From Octopus sinensis (taxonomy: Eukaryota), in NCBI RefSeq assembly GCF_006345805.1, contig NC_043000.1, forward strand, positions 142,910,001 through 142,974,000: DNA of 64,000 nt. Reading direction: 5' to 3'. Below the pieces are notes generated by a model that saw nothing but the letters and a program-made list of their open reading frames with translations, did not search any database and was not told the origin of the DNA. This document shows positions 63,440-64,000 of this stretch, in pieces; the first letter of the stretch is position 1, and every line of letters begins with the position of its first letter. The translations under genes and the position numbers were made by a program.

Positions 63440-63563
63440 CAAGTATATTGCTTCTTTCATAAAGAAATCAATCTACAAACAAAAGTGCTATTTTTGTACT
63501 GGCCCTTACAATGAACCTCATACATGTCCTATAAAGAATGAAATTTACTACAATTGTAAGAAG
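63440..63563 (+). mobile_element. Possible gag-like zinc-knuckle remnant
   Basis: KCYFCTGPYNEPHTCPIKNEIYYNCKK has C-X2-C-X4-(N for H)-X4-C spacing; cut by SINE B. Confidence 0.35.
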
Positions 63564-63807
63564 GCTCTCTTTACTCTCTTTTTACTCTTTTACTTGTTTC
63601 AATCATTTGACTGTGGCCATGCTGGAGCATCTCCTTTAGTCGAGCAAATGGACCCCAGGACTTATTATTCTTTGTATGCCCAGTACTTAATTTATTGGTC
63701 TCTTTTGCCGAACCACTAAGTTACAGGGACGTAAACACACCAGCATCAGTTGTCAAGCGATGTTGGCGGGGGTAACAGACACACATACATATACACACAC
63801 ACACACA

Positions 63808-63893
<86 letters not shown>

Positions 63894-64000
63894 TATAACT
63901 TCTTTCAGTTTCCCTCTACCAAATCCACTCACGAGGCTTTGGTTGACCCGAAGCTATAGTAGAAGACACTTTCCCAAGGTGCCTCGAAGTGGGACTGAAC
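63564..64000 (-). mobile_element. SINE family B running off the window end
   Basis: ttactcttttacttgtttcaatcatttgactgtggccatgctggagc…gtgggactgaac. Confidence 0.85.

Overview
AT-rich, microsatellite-dense animal genomic DNA, intronic or intergenic. The repeat families look like those I associate with Octopus (coleoid cephalopod) genomes; this is recall-based and needs a database check. There is no intact protein-coding gene and no intact transposon ORF. Nearly all ORFs in the supplied track are translations of (TA)n, (CA)n, (TATG)n, (GATA)n or (ATT/ATC)n arrays, or antisense readings of repeats. The window holds many tRNA-headed SINEs (three abundant families A, B, C plus minor ones); decayed non-LTR retrotransposons of three types (RTE, CR1-like, R4/Dong-like); decayed Tc1/mariner elements (mariner, maT-like, Tc1-like) and one hAT; a Helitron RepHel remnant and a complete short non-autonomous Helitron; several fold-back hairpins; and two phase-compatible candidate host exons (8417-8485, 15151-15259, + strand). 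The most interesting signal is a set of eight minimal type I hammerhead-ribozyme-like folds with short, mostly palindromic stem III sequences of four kinds, the architecture known from Penelope-like element termini. They include a U3-A8 compensated core (28566-28610), a recurring CCGAUGA core variant (5851-5890, 14293-14342), a 199-bp palindrome with a hammerhead on each strand (49367-49565), and a tRNA-headed SINE whose tail contains a hammerhead (51565-51853). All folds were read by eye and none has been tested. Repeat boundaries are approximate (about 10-20 bp) unless a TSD or terminus is quoted.
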